A DNA stretch of 64,000 bases from Trichoplax adhaerens. Lineage: Eukaryota > Animalia > Placozoa. How positions within the stretch are numbered: the stretch's first letter is position 1; the number at the start of each line of letters is the position of its first letter. The stretch lies in contig NW_002060945.1 of the NCBI RefSeq assembly GCF_000150275.1, forward strand, positions 1,857,417 to 1,921,416. Reading direction: 5' to 3'. Position numbers and translations under genes: made by a program. The notes beneath the pieces were generated by a model. That model had not been told where the DNA came from. It worked only from the letters and a program-made list of their open reading frames with translations, and searched no databases. Below, piece after piece: positions 25,801 to 37,961 of this stretch.

Positions 25801-27724
25801 CTATACATTAATAATAATAAAACGTGAAATTAATATAATTAATTATGGACTATGGCACACGATGATAATAATCACACACCATTCTTTGGTGCACCTAGGT
25901 AACCACGGCATTTTTCAGAGCCGCAATAACATTCTTGAACTTCTCTCCTACGTAGAGTTCAATTTAGTTAGGGCATATTTTAATAAATGTAATTTTTCAT
26001 ATAAATTCAAACTAACCCGTATCGTTCGAACTGATAATCAAATGTTAGTTCAGTATTAGCTGGAATCTTTCGCAAAGTAAAGAAGCCAATTCTCAACATG
26101 CCATTTACCGTCCACTAAATAGAACGTATATTAGTTATATAATCTCTTATAGGAGTACATCATCAATATAATACAGTTTAACAACATTAAAATTTTGATT
26201 ATGTTGTATAATACCTTCTGCGTAACACAGTTAGGATCACAACTATGGTTAATAAATCTAGAGAAAGTGCCTTTACGTGATGCATCAATAATCTGGTGGT
26301 AGCCAAAAAAACATAATCTTAGATTTATAAAAGACGACCTATAGCTATCATTAAGAGCATTATTGATCATACCTCATTTGGGCTTAGTGTCATGAAGTAG
26401 TAATGTTTAATTTTCTTCTTTGCGTAGTCGCGTTTTCTTCGTTCAAATTCTCTCAGATCGATAACTTCCCCGCAATATTCCAGTACGAATTGATTGCTAT
26501 TACAAATTTTATTAACAAGTTTTTTGGTCAATGTTTTTCTAGTTTTTCTAATATTTCCAAATGGTTATCAAGAATACAGTGGTAAACATAGAACTTACTC
26601 TTCTAAATCTTCAAGAGTCCTTAATCCAAATCCCTTCTTCTCTGTCTTGAATACTTCAACTTTTGGGTACTCGGCCTGAAAGAAAGTTTATTATAACTGT
26701 AACTTTTACTATTCCTCAGCTACGATGGGATAAAGCATGCTCTATTTTGCTGCATGATTCAGATATACAAACCATTTGAAATCTACGATTGGTACAAAAT
26801 TTCCCACAGGAACATTTAGAGCCGCTGTAATCATAATATACAGCATTTTAGATAGTTTTAACTAATTACAACAATAAATTTTTGCATAGGGTGGCAGATT
26901 TTTAAGTAGAATCTATTTAGATTCAAAGAGTAACTCTATTTTTAGGGAAACATACCATTCAATAAATAACATACGGTTCAAGCAGTTTTCTCCGCAACCA
27001 ATAAAGTTTGGATCATCTATCAAAAGCGAATAAGGTACTTATTTCAGCGTGATTAAAAAATGATTATAAGCGAACTTTGATAAATGTAATAACGAAATTA
27101 CACTTCTAACGGCGACGCCGGTTTATCAGACTCTATTTGAACGTTTAATACAATCATAACAATATTCTAGAAAAATTATTTCAAGTGAGACTAACCTTCA
27201 TCGTAGGTACATTCGCATGTCATATTTTTTATACGTTTATCCTTTGATTTTCTATTATATACGTAAAAGAGAGAGACATTATTGGAAGTAATCAATCAGT
27301 TAACTTTCGGTACCAAGCAGATGGAACTAAAATTTGTGCTATGGTAACACTTTTTGATGGTCGAAAGTCGCTTATAATGCTGTCCTTCTAAACTCGTAAA
27401 TGTACGTTCATACGGGGCGTTATTACAGTAATAAAACGTTAACAGAATTTCATGTCATAGTATCTTACCTTCCACTCAGGTAAGTATTGATATCCATCTG
27501 GTTAAATGCTGACAGCGGGTCGTCTGCGTTGCTGGTTGCCGATTTATCATCATTGTCTTCCGTCGTCTATAAGCGGAATGAATTGCAAATGAATTAAAGA
27601 AATACTTCAATAGGCTCATTGGTTAATACGGTCTCATAAAAGTACAATAAATGAAAAGCATGAATTAATGTAGTCTCTAACCTTATTCAGAGTAGTCGCC
27701 TTATCATTTCCGGAATCGTCATTA
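22856..27724 (-). CDS. SETD2: SETD2/Set2 histone H3K36 methyltransferase (AWS-SET-postSET, low-complexity region, WW, SRI); probable start exon further upstream at 30227-30205
   Basis: Spliced translation gives AWS (CECTYDE..CGENCLNRMLFIEC..CSCGKFCTNRRFQ), SET ([66 protein letters not shown]), post-SET (CYCGSEKCRGYLG), HGLSLLWSWM, WW (PLPPDWRAAIDQQGRIYYYNIHT) and SRI (LNPYRKPDCKTGHITSKEDFKALARKL..KHRIKNFIRQYM). The stop is at 22858-22856. The largest exon is ~24993-23782. Confidence 0.95.
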
Positions 27725-30204
27725 CTACATAGTTATAGATTGATAGAGTACATAATTACACGGTGTACTTGCATATCATATCATAACAAAATCAAATGAT
27801 AGAAATCATCATGCAACATTATTAACCAAGAAGAAAAAGCGCTATTGAGTAAAAATATGATCAATAGATCAGATAAGCCGATCGTAAGCAAAATTATTGC
27901 CGGTTGAAAAGCTATGCTGATGCTGTGCTAATTGGATAGTAACTTGCAATGAAAATTATCAGTAGCTTATTGATTATGAAGTATTTGTGATATGTGGATG
28001 GTCAATTACAAAGATTGACCAATAATCCATGTGATATTTTAATGGAATAAAATTGACTACAAGGCATATGCTACATCTTTACAAGCTGTATGAGTAGAGA
28101 CTTTAATAAGAAAGTACGCCATTAGAGTATTTATTGTGTAAGCTGCGTTATCCACTTATGAGAATTTTTATAAAACTATAAAGGTGTTGAGCCACCATTT
28201 CCATGGCAGTAGAAAAAGCGCTAAGCCCGACATCAATATAAACCCTAACTCCAGGAATGACTCGATTTTAGTCTAATCACTAATTCAATCAATCCTCCCC
28301 AACATGACTATTTCAGCAAATAGCGCGCTTAAGAGGATAAAGTATGATGTGTTCTTGTAATAATTCTCACTAATACTGTATAATTAACACGCTATCACTA
28401 TTTGGATTAATTCTACGTCCTAAATATTTAGTAAGCAATGCTAGCGATCGTTTGCCGATAGAGTCAAAATCCTAAAATAGTTTAACCATAGTTTAACTGA
28501 CAAACTGACGGAAGGAATGACAAGCAAAGTGTTGGACATACGCACTGTATCAACCATCGTTTTTAGCTAGAATGGCCATCAAATGTATTCTGGTTCGATC
28601 TAGAAAGGAGATTCTTGCGCTTTCTTCTTATAAAATATTGTAAATGTATGCGCATCAATGTTTGATGTTGCTTATTAATAAGCGAAAGATTAACCCCAAA
28701 ATAGGGTAATGTACATTAATATACGATAGCGTGAAGCGCATGATGAACTTAGTATTCAAGAGCCAAGTGTTTTATACCTTGGCCGAGCATTTGAACTCAA
28801 TAACAGATGCATCCATCAGTCCAAAATGATGATTTTGCTCGGATGATTAATCGACTGCATATGAGTAGGTGATTAAAATTGCTGTCATTTTACTCTACTA
28901 TAAACTAGCAATGTCCTATCGTATTTTATAGCATCTTCATTGCAGATCTTTAAAAAGTATCAAGTATTATAAGCATTCCTGATTAATGCATTCAAAATAA
29001 ACGCTACATGTTGTTTGTATTAGCGTCAACGTCAGTGGCGCAGCGTTATTAAAGTCGACGATTTGGTTACTATTGTAAAAATGATAGTACAAGTCATCAA
29101 GCTTGTTACAGATGTTTGATTCTAGCATAGTAACCTTGCATGTCTTCCAAATGGATATTTAGCACATGAAAATCAATTTATTAGTTAGGTGTTTTGCTAA
29201 GGGCTGGCCAGTTGGAGCTCTTTACGTAGCAGGAGTAGTTCACGGTTATTTACTTTATCCTCAATTAAAATACAATCCATCCCATGTGGATGGATCTCCA
29301 ACAAACACATACTACGGTATAGGGAGAGAAAGGTTTACACGAATCGATTGCATAGTTTTGCTATGGAATTGACGGAAGCTCCTACTCTATTTTATTAACA
29401 ATTAGTGGACAACCATAACGGATTTAGGCGGCATTTTTACGGATGTTTAGTGCACGTTGGTGTAGATGCTTGTTAATCAATGTTTGTTACCGGGAGAGTC
29501 ATAGCTAGTAGAAATATTCATCGATCGGGATCGATGATGTTGTAATGGAGTAACGGAGTAATGTGTTCATTTATGACAATATCATGGAATGGACGCCTTT
29601 CTGGTGAGCTACAGTATTGAAATGGTTTGAAGCTTTTTGCCACAGCGCATTTTTGATCTGCGTATATCGGAGTGAGTGCTGATTGAATGCCGCAATCCAG
29701 AATGATTGACGATAAAATATTACTGACGGTATCGATCTTTTGTCGAGGAGCATTTGCAAAGTGGAATAGCGGCACAGGTTTTACTCTACCTTGGGGCTAA
29801 CACGATGTCTAGTAGAATAGGTTAAGCGCTTAATGGACATAAAAGGATGGAAAATTTGCGATCCATGCTTACCTATCCTACATTGTCTACTGTCTATTAC
29901 CAGCAACATCATTGACTATGCTTGAAGTCTTTTTTATTTGTACGTGCATGATTGAATTGATTCATCATATACTTCATACTTGTTTGGTCATTTCTTTTGA
30001 GTTTTCAATTGATATTTTTAAAGTGTGGTGATGATTTTGCAAGAAAACTAGACTGTTGAACAATTTGAAGTTAGTATTTTGATTGTCAGTGGAAAGGACT
30101 TGACTGGTTTTCTTGACAAATTAGGCCAAGATCGTGATAGATAGACTAGGATAAGTCCGGACAACAAGGGGTCATTTTGAAGAATACATGGGAAAGAAAG
30201 TAAC

Positions 30205-30227
30205 CTGTAGCCATTGGTCAACACCAT
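30205..30227 (-). CDS. Candidate first coding exon of SETD2 (MVLTNGY-)
   Basis: ATG in AAC-ATG-G context followed by CAG|GTTACT. Its phase-2 end is compatible with the exon starting at 27724 (AG|T AAT GAC). No homology support. Confidence 0.4.
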
Positions 30228-31494
30228 GTTGACAAGGCGATTGCGATTGAGAGAACAGTGGTCAAAAATAGATGATCTATGTACAGGAAGAGGCGGCTGT
30301 TGAAATGAAGATGATGATGTTGACTTGGCAATGATCAAAGTGATTGATCAAGTACATGGTCGTCAACAAGTCTTCATTTTTGTCAAGAGAGATTTGTATC
30401 AATAATAAACATAGGCAGAATGTACTTTAGTAGTGGATTGGATCGAGACTTGTAAGCATGATGTCCACAAAGAAACTCTTTGGGCATAGGAGAAGACAAG
30501 TGTTTTTTTTTTTTAGTAAGCCATTTGTAAGATTGCAATAGAAGAACAACATGATGGATGATGATAACGACAGCAAATAATTTAGATGAAAAATGGCAAA
30601 GTTTAAATGTTGTGACCACTGACCGAGTTGGTGAGGCTGTCTTGTGAGTGTGTTTTTTCTCCCTTGATTTCATTTTATTGATTGTTGGCAATGGCTTGCT
30701 GCCTTCTCGAAAATTCAATAAGCTGCTGTGGATGGATTCAAATTTATGCGTGTGTGCGTAATACCATGGGCTCAGTCGAGCAGAATCATACTATGTTGTC
30801 TCCAAGAATGGTCAAGAGAGTTGAACGTTGACAGGCTAGCGTCGCCAGTAATATCAAGGCGTCAAGATTTCAAGCTTGCCGTGGATAGTCCCAACGAAGC
30901 AGGATGGACTTTTGCTAATTGCAGCCAATTTCCAAGTAAATCCTTGCCTTTGACAAAATGCTCCAACTTATTCTTTCACCAGTTGAAATTCAACCAACCA
31001 CTATGGTAGACACACACACACACACATGGAAAGTAGCTGCTACTGCTACTGCTACTACGACTGATGATACTATGAATGACCAATCAATAGGTGGCAAGCA
31101 AGATGTACTCGATCTATCCTCAATGCAATCAAGCCAATGGTCAAGATTGGATTAGCAAGAAAGGAAGAAGTGAAATAGTGCAAAATAGTGACAGCAATTT
31201 TTACCTGTACAATTGGAGGTAGTCAAGTGGAAAAGCGCAGAGTAGACGAAAGCTTGTACAGGCGCAGTCTCGACACGGAAGGGCAAACTGCTGTTGGAGA
31301 TTGGGTGCTTGCCGTTGGACCTTTGCTTTTTGACTGCGTTGAGCAAGTTGGTCGACTTTTCTTTCCTTTCTACTTACGAACGCTAGTTGACGCTGGCCCG
31401 TATGAGTAGCAAGGTCTTGCTTGACTTTCTGCAGGAAGAGAGTGCGTCGGCGCAAGCGATCAAGCTGCACAGACCGCTGATACCGTACTGGCCG

Positions 31495-32380
31495 TGACAG
31501 TGTACAGTGTCCAGTCCAGTGTTTGCTTACAGTATGTAGTACTCTACACTACAGTCCAACTTCCAGGAGTCCACAGTACAGTACAGTACAGTGTTCAAAT
31601 GACTACAGTACAGTACGGTACAGTACAGCACTGGGAAGAAGGGGTACCATGTACTGTACACTGTACTGTACACTATACCCTACTGCACCGTACTGTACAG
31701 TACTGTACCTTTGGCCTTGAAATGATCTACAGTACAGTACAGTGCACAGTACGTACGTACTGTACAATGTACAGTACTTTATCGTTGGACATGAACTTCT
31801 CTACAGTGTACTGTACTGTACTGTTGGACTTGAACTTCTCTACAGTGTACAGTACTGTACACTGCACACTGTACCGTACCGTATTGTACTGTACACACAG
31901 TACCTTTGGACTTCAAACTATCTACAGTGCACACTGTACAGTACAGCTTTGGACAGTACTGTACAGTCAGTAAATTGTATTCCGTGGTAGCAATGCGCCA
32001 ATAGCAGACTACAGTATGCCATGACCCCTTGACGCTGCAGTACAGCAAAATGTACAGTACAGTACTGTATGCGCTTGTAGCACTGTGCTAGGCAGGAAGA
32101 ACCATTGCCCTTGACAGGCCATACCAACAATTTTAGTCAATGGGCCAATGGATTACCCTACGCAAACGATGCTACGGTACTGATTTTACTGAGATAGCAA
32201 CTCTTTAGTACCTACTGTACAGTCTACTCTATAGTCAGTCAACTACCAACAATTTTAGCTCATGGAATTTAGAACTTGCAAAGATGGCTGGAAAGAGAAT
32301 ACTGTACTATTGTCTGCCATGGATGAATGAATCCATTTTTCTTCCCTTTTGGCCACAGTACTATGACTTCCAACCCTACA
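31495..32380. repeat. TACAG/CTGTA pentamer island between the divergent SETD2 and SEC14-like 5' ends
   Basis: Very dense pentamer runs at 31495-32090, sparser to ~32380. Flanked by GC-richer putative first exons on both strands: a minus-strand donor CAG|GTAA at ~31204 and a plus-strand donor CAG|GTAATG at 32734. Confidence 0.9.
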
Positions 32381-33175
32381 GTACTTGAGGCACAAGTCCT
32401 GTCCCGCTTCAGGCAGGACAGCGTCGTGTCTGTCTGTCTGTCTAATCTCGCCACTCGTCGTCACTCGTCACTAGTCGTCACTCGTCAGCAGCGTGTTACG
32501 GCATGACAGACAGGCAGATGCCGCTCCACTACCAATGAATGATGTCATTGGCGCTGTCAAAACACAATACAATAACAATGAGTATGAGGAGACAGAGGTC
32601 AAGCCGTGCTCAGCCAAAGGCCATTCTGCTGCGATAGCCAAATGCGGCTAGTTGTCCATTTCTTCACATGGTCTTTGCCAAGATCGTAGAGAAGAAGTTG
32701 CTTTCGCTTTCTCAACCTTTGCTAAGTGATACAGGTAATGAGAAATGCCAATCCGATTGTACTGACTTACTGTCCAGTCAACATGATTTCTCCATTGGTC
32801 ATCCGAGGATGAGGCACATGTGGACATCCATGGCAAAATGATCATGGAGGAGAGGAGTAGGACAAGTTGGACGACTACCTTGACCAACATGGGTAAATGA
32901 GTTCGTTAACCATTCTCATTCATGATGGTCAAGGCAGTCATGGATGATGATGATTGGAAAGCTATTTTGCTTTCGACAGGTGATATTGGTCAATCATGCA
33001 GATTGACATCACTTTCTCCCACCTATGGCGATGGCTAGTGGATTCATCCAGTATTGTAGTGAAAGACGTAGTGTTGTTACTAGCAACGATCTCTGTCGAA
33101 TAATCTTCTATCGCTAAGTTAGGCATCTACCAAATTGATGTTATAAATTATTTTCAATTAGATTACTAAGAAGAA

Positions 33176-36100
33176 ATGAGTGGACATCTCGGCGATTTAT
33201 CCTCTGATCAATTGCAAGCATTGAATGAATTAAAAGCCCATGTGGGTACTGAACATCCAACGGATGAGGTACAGCGATAATGCATGATGTATACTGTAGA
33301 TTTACCGTAGTAAGAAGGAACTCGATCATATCAATATCGATGGCGAGAAGTAGGTTGATAAATTCACTTTCTAAGTATCGATTCCTCAACCATAGATCAG
33401 CTTTTGCTATATCTAGTAATTTTACTCGATCTCTTACTCATTTCGGCTTATTGTACCAGCTTGATAAGCCATCAGCGGATTAGCTATTGAAACAACTTTT
33501 ACCAGCCCTATTTCTTTCTGCTTTTACACCAATTTCGCCTTGTTTACAGTTACTTGTCTTCCGAGCTAAGCCATCAACGGGCCTAATCATCATTAGCCAT
33601 CGAAATCACTTTTACAATAATCAAGCATTCGTTTTGCCCGTTATTACCGTAATTCAGGCATGCTTCGTTAAATTGATTTCAATCTAAGCTCGTCAAAAGG
33701 CTTAGTCATCATTCAACACGGATACTCTTTTGACAATAGCCGATCATGTTCTTTGTCACTTAACAATTCCTGCTTGCTTGGTTTTCTCCATTTCCAGTTA
33801 GCCCATCTGTGGGTTTGTTGGTAAACAGTTTTGATACGTCAAATTTATTATCAAGATCGTTAGTGTTTAATAACCAATAGCATCCATGCCAAATTGCTAC
33901 CATGTAGAAAGTCCAGACCTCGAACAGGTGTAGTGTGTACATTTCAGTTTTTTATACAAAGACACTATAAGTCGATTTTCGCTCATTCCATTACCATCCC
34001 ATAATGTAAAGTACATCCTAATCGACTTGGTTGCACACCATGGAACATTACTATCTCTCGATATTTGCACCATTTTTTTAAATCTGTTGAATAAGCGTAA
34101 CTTGATTGTGCAAGGAACTACTAGACTCTACAGTAGTTGAACTTATAGTTGGAACAGTGTCCTACTATACTGTATATATGTTTATATATATATATATCAA
34201 CACGTAAGGGTACTGTAGGTATGCAATACCAGGGACTAGTTTAGTAGAAATCCCTGGCAATACTTAACTGCTTACACGTATTACAACTACATAATTATAT
34301 TCGCCAGCACTGAAAGCTTAGCAATGATTAGCAGTAGAATATTAAGCTTCTATTTCTTTAAAGCTTGCTCTGTAGACAATATCGTAGTATTTTCATTGGA
34401 CAGATATAATATTCTGTTATCAACTTATTATCGTAGTTACAGTATTATATCATAAGGGGTAATGCCTTCCAATCCCTTCCACCCAGCTTAACCAATAATA
34501 TCCTATCAGACTTTAATATTCCATCTTTGCAACATACAATTGTTAGCGTCATCGCTGATCTTTCCAAACTTCTACTTGAATCCTATCAAAGTATCGTACA
34601 GTAGGTGACCAATATTACGATAGAAAATAACACATTCGAGTATCTGCTGTGAAAATAATCAATATCGATGCAGGACCTTCATATCGAGTAGAAAATAATA
34701 CGAATATAAAGTTTGATTAGTATATGTATGCAGTATATCATAATTATCAAGATCATTTCATAAAGATTCTATTGTTTGCACTTATTACTACTTATAGGTA
34801 ACATATAATTAATATGCGATCTAAATTTGTGACATATTATGTTTGCAGCTTGAATGGATTAATTCCAATTTTCCTTGAATAAGATGTAATACATGCACGT
34901 ATATGCCAATCATCTTTTTCTTATAATGATGATATATGTTATACACGCTTAGGCTACCCTGTTGCGATTTTTAAGGGCCAGATCGTTTAAAGTTGAAGCA
35001 GCAAAAAAGTAAGCAATATCTCTCCCTTATTTTTAAGCGATATTCTCTAATCTACTTGATACAAGTGAAGATGATTGCGTACAAATATTTGGTAGTCCAT
35101 TCGACTTACAGTGCAGTAAAGCTATAACACACTATATACGAAATCATAAATAACGCTTTTGACTTATCTTATGCAAAGTAAGTTGAATATATATTATTTT
35201 CCTTCTTCGCAGGCAATATATTAATCAATGCAAGTGGAGGAAAGAAAACGATGTTGATAACATTCTCAATCAACCGGTATAAAATTGTCCAAACTTATAT
35301 GCGACAGACATTTGACTATAAAATTTGTAGTTATCTTGAAAACATTTACGCGTATTACGATTGTGCCAGGTTTATGATCATCTTCATTTACTACATCGTC
35401 CATGAAAATTTCTGATACATAAATGAACTTTACTGTTATAATAGATTTTTAATATTCCTAATTACACCCTGAACATCGTATACCAAATTCTTTGACAGAG
35501 AATATTTAAATACTACTAGCAGTAATTTTCAGTTAGAATTACACAGGTTTTTTAAATAATGTTAATATCGTTCAATAAATCATTCTTTAACTGATATGGA
35601 TTATATAGTGTACAATATACACTAAACCATATCTAGAAAATCATATTGGAATCTAAATTTCTGTTAAAGATCGATATACGTATTTATTAACCACTGATTG
35701 TCGCTAATATCTATTCTTACTGAAATTTTATAATTTTAGCACTCTACTATGTTAGATCTGATAATGACTGAATAATTTCACTTACGTATATATTTTATTA
35801 CCTTTCATTACCGTTCCATCTCATCAATTTAGCCTCCACTTGATAAGGAAATGATGGCGGTTGGTTCTAAATTACGTCTTCCTTTCATTCTTAAAACCTA
35901 TTGATGTCATGACTTGATTCTTTCCTACACTGCAGATTATTTCTCTAGGCTATCATAAACATGATCGAGATGGAAGACCCGTTTATGTTGAATTAACTGG
36001 CAAAATTGATGCAAACAAACTCATGGAGGTAGATACAATACAATGTTTTCGTAGTTGTCATGTATACGCGTACACAGTTATTTATACAGTATGTCTAGAC

Positions 36101-37961
36101 ACTTTTAAATTTGAAATATCGAGTTTGTTTAAATTAAATTAAAGCAATATACTGATGCCATTGCTACCATGATATAAATTTTGCTAGTTGCCACTAAGTG
36201 AAATTATGAAAAGACATATATGGCACAACGAAAAACAGTTTCGTAGGGCTGAAGAATTATCTAAACAATTTGTAAGCGATCGCGGTATAAACCTTCATAG
36301 AGCATGCTTTCAAATCGATCGTATTTCTAGATTTCTTTTATTACTAGGGAAAAAATATAGAAACAACAACGCAAATTCATGATATGACTGGGTTAAATTT
36401 CTCACACCGGTAATAGTGATTCCGAATCTACTGTTAGAGCGGTATTTATTAACAACCCACTGATTTACAAATTGTTATGATTTTATACATATATGTATAT
36501 ATACTCTCGCGCACAGCAAATGTTTATCAATATTTAAGCATGTTTCAAAAATTGACCAAGATGTCTATCCTGAAAGGGTAGGGAGGGTAAGCACTTACAA
36601 CATATACTTGATATTTAATAAAATTACAAAAGTACTTTTTAGTTAAACTCCATCTACTAAAGGTATACATATTTGATAATGACTTACTACAAATTGATAC
36701 TTTCGCATTATCTATTCTTATTTAGGTTATATTTGTTAACGTGCCATGGTTAGTTATTGACATAAATAGTCCGGAAAAACACTTTCACTCTCGTGCTATT
36801 AGAGTTTGCATTTCTGATATCTTGCTTAGAGAAGCATTTTTGAACTTTTTCTTAGGCTATTTCCTCTATTATGGAAAATAGCTAGCCCATTATTAGATCC
36901 GAATACCAGGGAGAAATTTGTAGTTCTTGGAGGAAATGAAATACATAAGTTATTGGTATAAATGGATTAATAGAGTTGTAGTGTGATAGTTCTACCTTGC
37001 TTTAAAATTCAATTGTATCTACTGTAGGATTACGTTGAGCCAGAAAACCTTCCTGAAATATTTGGAGGAGTTTGTAAATGCCCTGGCGGATGTATGCATA
37101 TAGTTCCTGGACATTTGGTATGCACATTGTTTCTGCTTTGTTGTTAGATTATGTAACTAGCTATTAATTTATAACTATAGTTATATGTTGCCCTACCTTC
37201 AGTATGCTCGTATCTAATAGCTTGCTGTTTTTCAGGATTCAAAAAGTGCCGATAGCCACGGTCTAATCCAGACCAATATCAGTGAGCCCAGCTAGTATTC
37301 GTTTAAAGATACTTTAACTTTAAACTATTACGGTATTTCCTTCTTGTAACATTCATTATCAACTGTGTAACTGTGATGTATATAGAAGCTGGAAAGTCTT
37401 TATTACAAGAAATTCATTGCACCAAAGGAGAAACTGTTTACTGGCATTATATAGCAGCTAGGTTAGATATAGCTTGTCAATGATAAATAATACAAAATTA
37501 ACCGAGTAATGAAGTTGGGTTGATATTTCTATGAAGCCATAATTACAGCTACAGTAATTGACTAATTTTTGTTTTTGTAAACTTTTTAGTACTGATATTA
37601 AATTTAGAGTTCTTTGGCAACCGGAAAAAGCCTCACAACCAGAAAGTATCATCCCATTAGAGCACGTTACCCTTGAATCAGCTGAAGGGTTTGTTCTGTA
37701 ATAATATCGATGATATTATTACATTCAACTTTTAATCTTGTTATCTCTCTCTAATGATCTGTTCGTAGGCATTTTGCCGCTACTGCGAATGGAAAACTTA
37801 TAATTGAATTTGATAATTCTACATCGACTTGGTTATCTAAGGGTATTAAGTAAGTTTAAATATTTACTAAATTCGTCATACTTCAACAAGTCTATAATCG
37901 AAATAATTTGTTTTAAATTAATTGCTATAGATATCGAATTAATGTTGACCATGGATCATAA
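33176..37961 (+). CDS. SEC14-like lipid-binding protein (CRAL-TRIO_N + CRAL-TRIO + GOLD), SEC14L2/3/4 type
   Basis: Exon 33176-33268 (MSGHLGDLSSDQLQALNELK...TDE) joins 34953-35008 (ATLLRFLRARSF). Later exons give WRKENDVDNIL, GYHKHDRDGRPVYVELTGKID, IHDMTGL, DVYPERVGRVIFVNVPWLFPLLWKIASPLLDPNTREKF, LPEIFGGVCKCPGGC and the GOLD motifs DIKFRV and FDNSTSTWLSKGIKY. About 17 small exons; stop TAA at 37959-37961. Confidence 0.93.

Noticed and set aside
31495-32090. Repeat-spacer-like look of the islands (CRISPR-like or telomeric array)
   Set aside because: The context is an intron-rich eukaryotic genome. There is no constant repeat with unique spacers and no cas genes, and the mixed orientation argues against a telomeric tract.
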